Assembly (NCBI RefSeq): GCF_020745735.1
Contig: NW_026867509.1
Location: 1,488,001 to 1,552,000 of the forward strand
Origin: Hemiscyllium ocellatum
Lineage: Eukaryota
Length of the DNA: 64,000 nucleotides
Direction of reading: 5' to 3'
Each line of letters begins with the position of its first letter. The first letter of the stretch is position 1. Under the pieces are notes generated by a model. That model did no database searches. It saw nothing but the letters and a program-made list of their open reading frames with translations, and was not told where the DNA came from. Made by a program: the position numbers and the translations under genes. Positions 63,291-64,000 of the stretch are shown here, piece after piece.

Positions 63291-64000
63291 TTCGATGTTC
63301 TATCATTTATGTCGTACTTAATGCCTTCCCACAGTTATCGCTGAAACTGTCCACCTAATTGTTTTACTCGACTGGACACGATGTCAACGACTCCGATGAC
63401 AGCTGTGACCTTGATTACACTTAATTTCCCTTTGACATTTCTCTCATTTTTGCTGATATTGCGCTACACCCTCTCTCTGTTTACAGTGAGTTGCACCATG
63501 TCTCTGATCTGTGAATTTAGACACTGTCTTAGTTGTTTTTTTTCTCGACACAGTGCCCATGGCATTATGAAAACGTGTTAATTACTGGATTAGACTATGT
63601 CTTTGTTCATAGTGCTCCTGGCGTGCCTGTATTGTTACAGGAAATTTCCATGAATTAGTTTTGTTTCAATTGCTCCTGAGGATGATATGAAAATTCTGCA
63701 TTACATTGACCAAGTCTGCTTTCCTGGTAAATCTGGCAACATATTTTAACCCAACTTCCAGTTTAGCGTGGGCCTCTTGTTTCTCTCGTGAAATTAAACA
63801 TTAACATTGTCCAATTGTTCCAGAACCAGCAGATCTGAACACGAACTTCAGCACTTGAACACCCATGCCAGGTTTCAGATTGTTCAGATCAAATGAAGAA
63901 TTTTTCAGTTTCAATGTGACAACACCTGTGTTTGAAAGTCCCAATCACATTAACACCACATGTTTGCAAACTTTATTTTCTAAAAGTTCAAATGCAAATT

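Noticed and set aside
1-64000. J segments, constant exons, IgH-type or NAR-TCR V segments
   Set aside because: No 12-RSS followed by FGxG, no C1-set exon, and no WVRQ or IgNAR-type motifs were seen. Badly decayed copies could have been missed.

Overview
Vertebrate genomic DNA. The HE1-type SINEs, CR1/HER1-type LINEs, Penelope elements and GPR139-like GPCRs point to a cartilaginous fish, probably a shark (inference). The window is part of an antigen-receptor variable-gene cluster, best fitting T-cell receptor alpha/delta V segments. About ten V segments or relics occur in both orientations. Most show a leader exon, a phase-1 intron and a V exon, and most end in a 22-24 bp-spacer RSS. Two look intact (28.4 kb on +, 57.0 kb on -). 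One has an open frame but lacks both Cys23 and Trp41 (35.7 kb on -), and its diverged paralog at 22 kb shares both substitutions. The rest are pseudogenes. Interleaved with them are two GPR139-like GPCR gene pieces, a near full-length CR1 LINE, a Penelope element with a 12-bp TSD, a decayed endogenous retrovirus, SINEs and an old segmental duplication. Unexplained structures include a ~60-bp tandem array of 23-RSS-like units with D-like cores, a strictly 34-bp-periodic array of TGAGRTCA motifs, CTCF-like motifs and minimal hammerhead ribozyme motifs. No J, C or complete D segments were found. All calls come from manual reading, with no database searches, so the ends of decayed elements are approximate.
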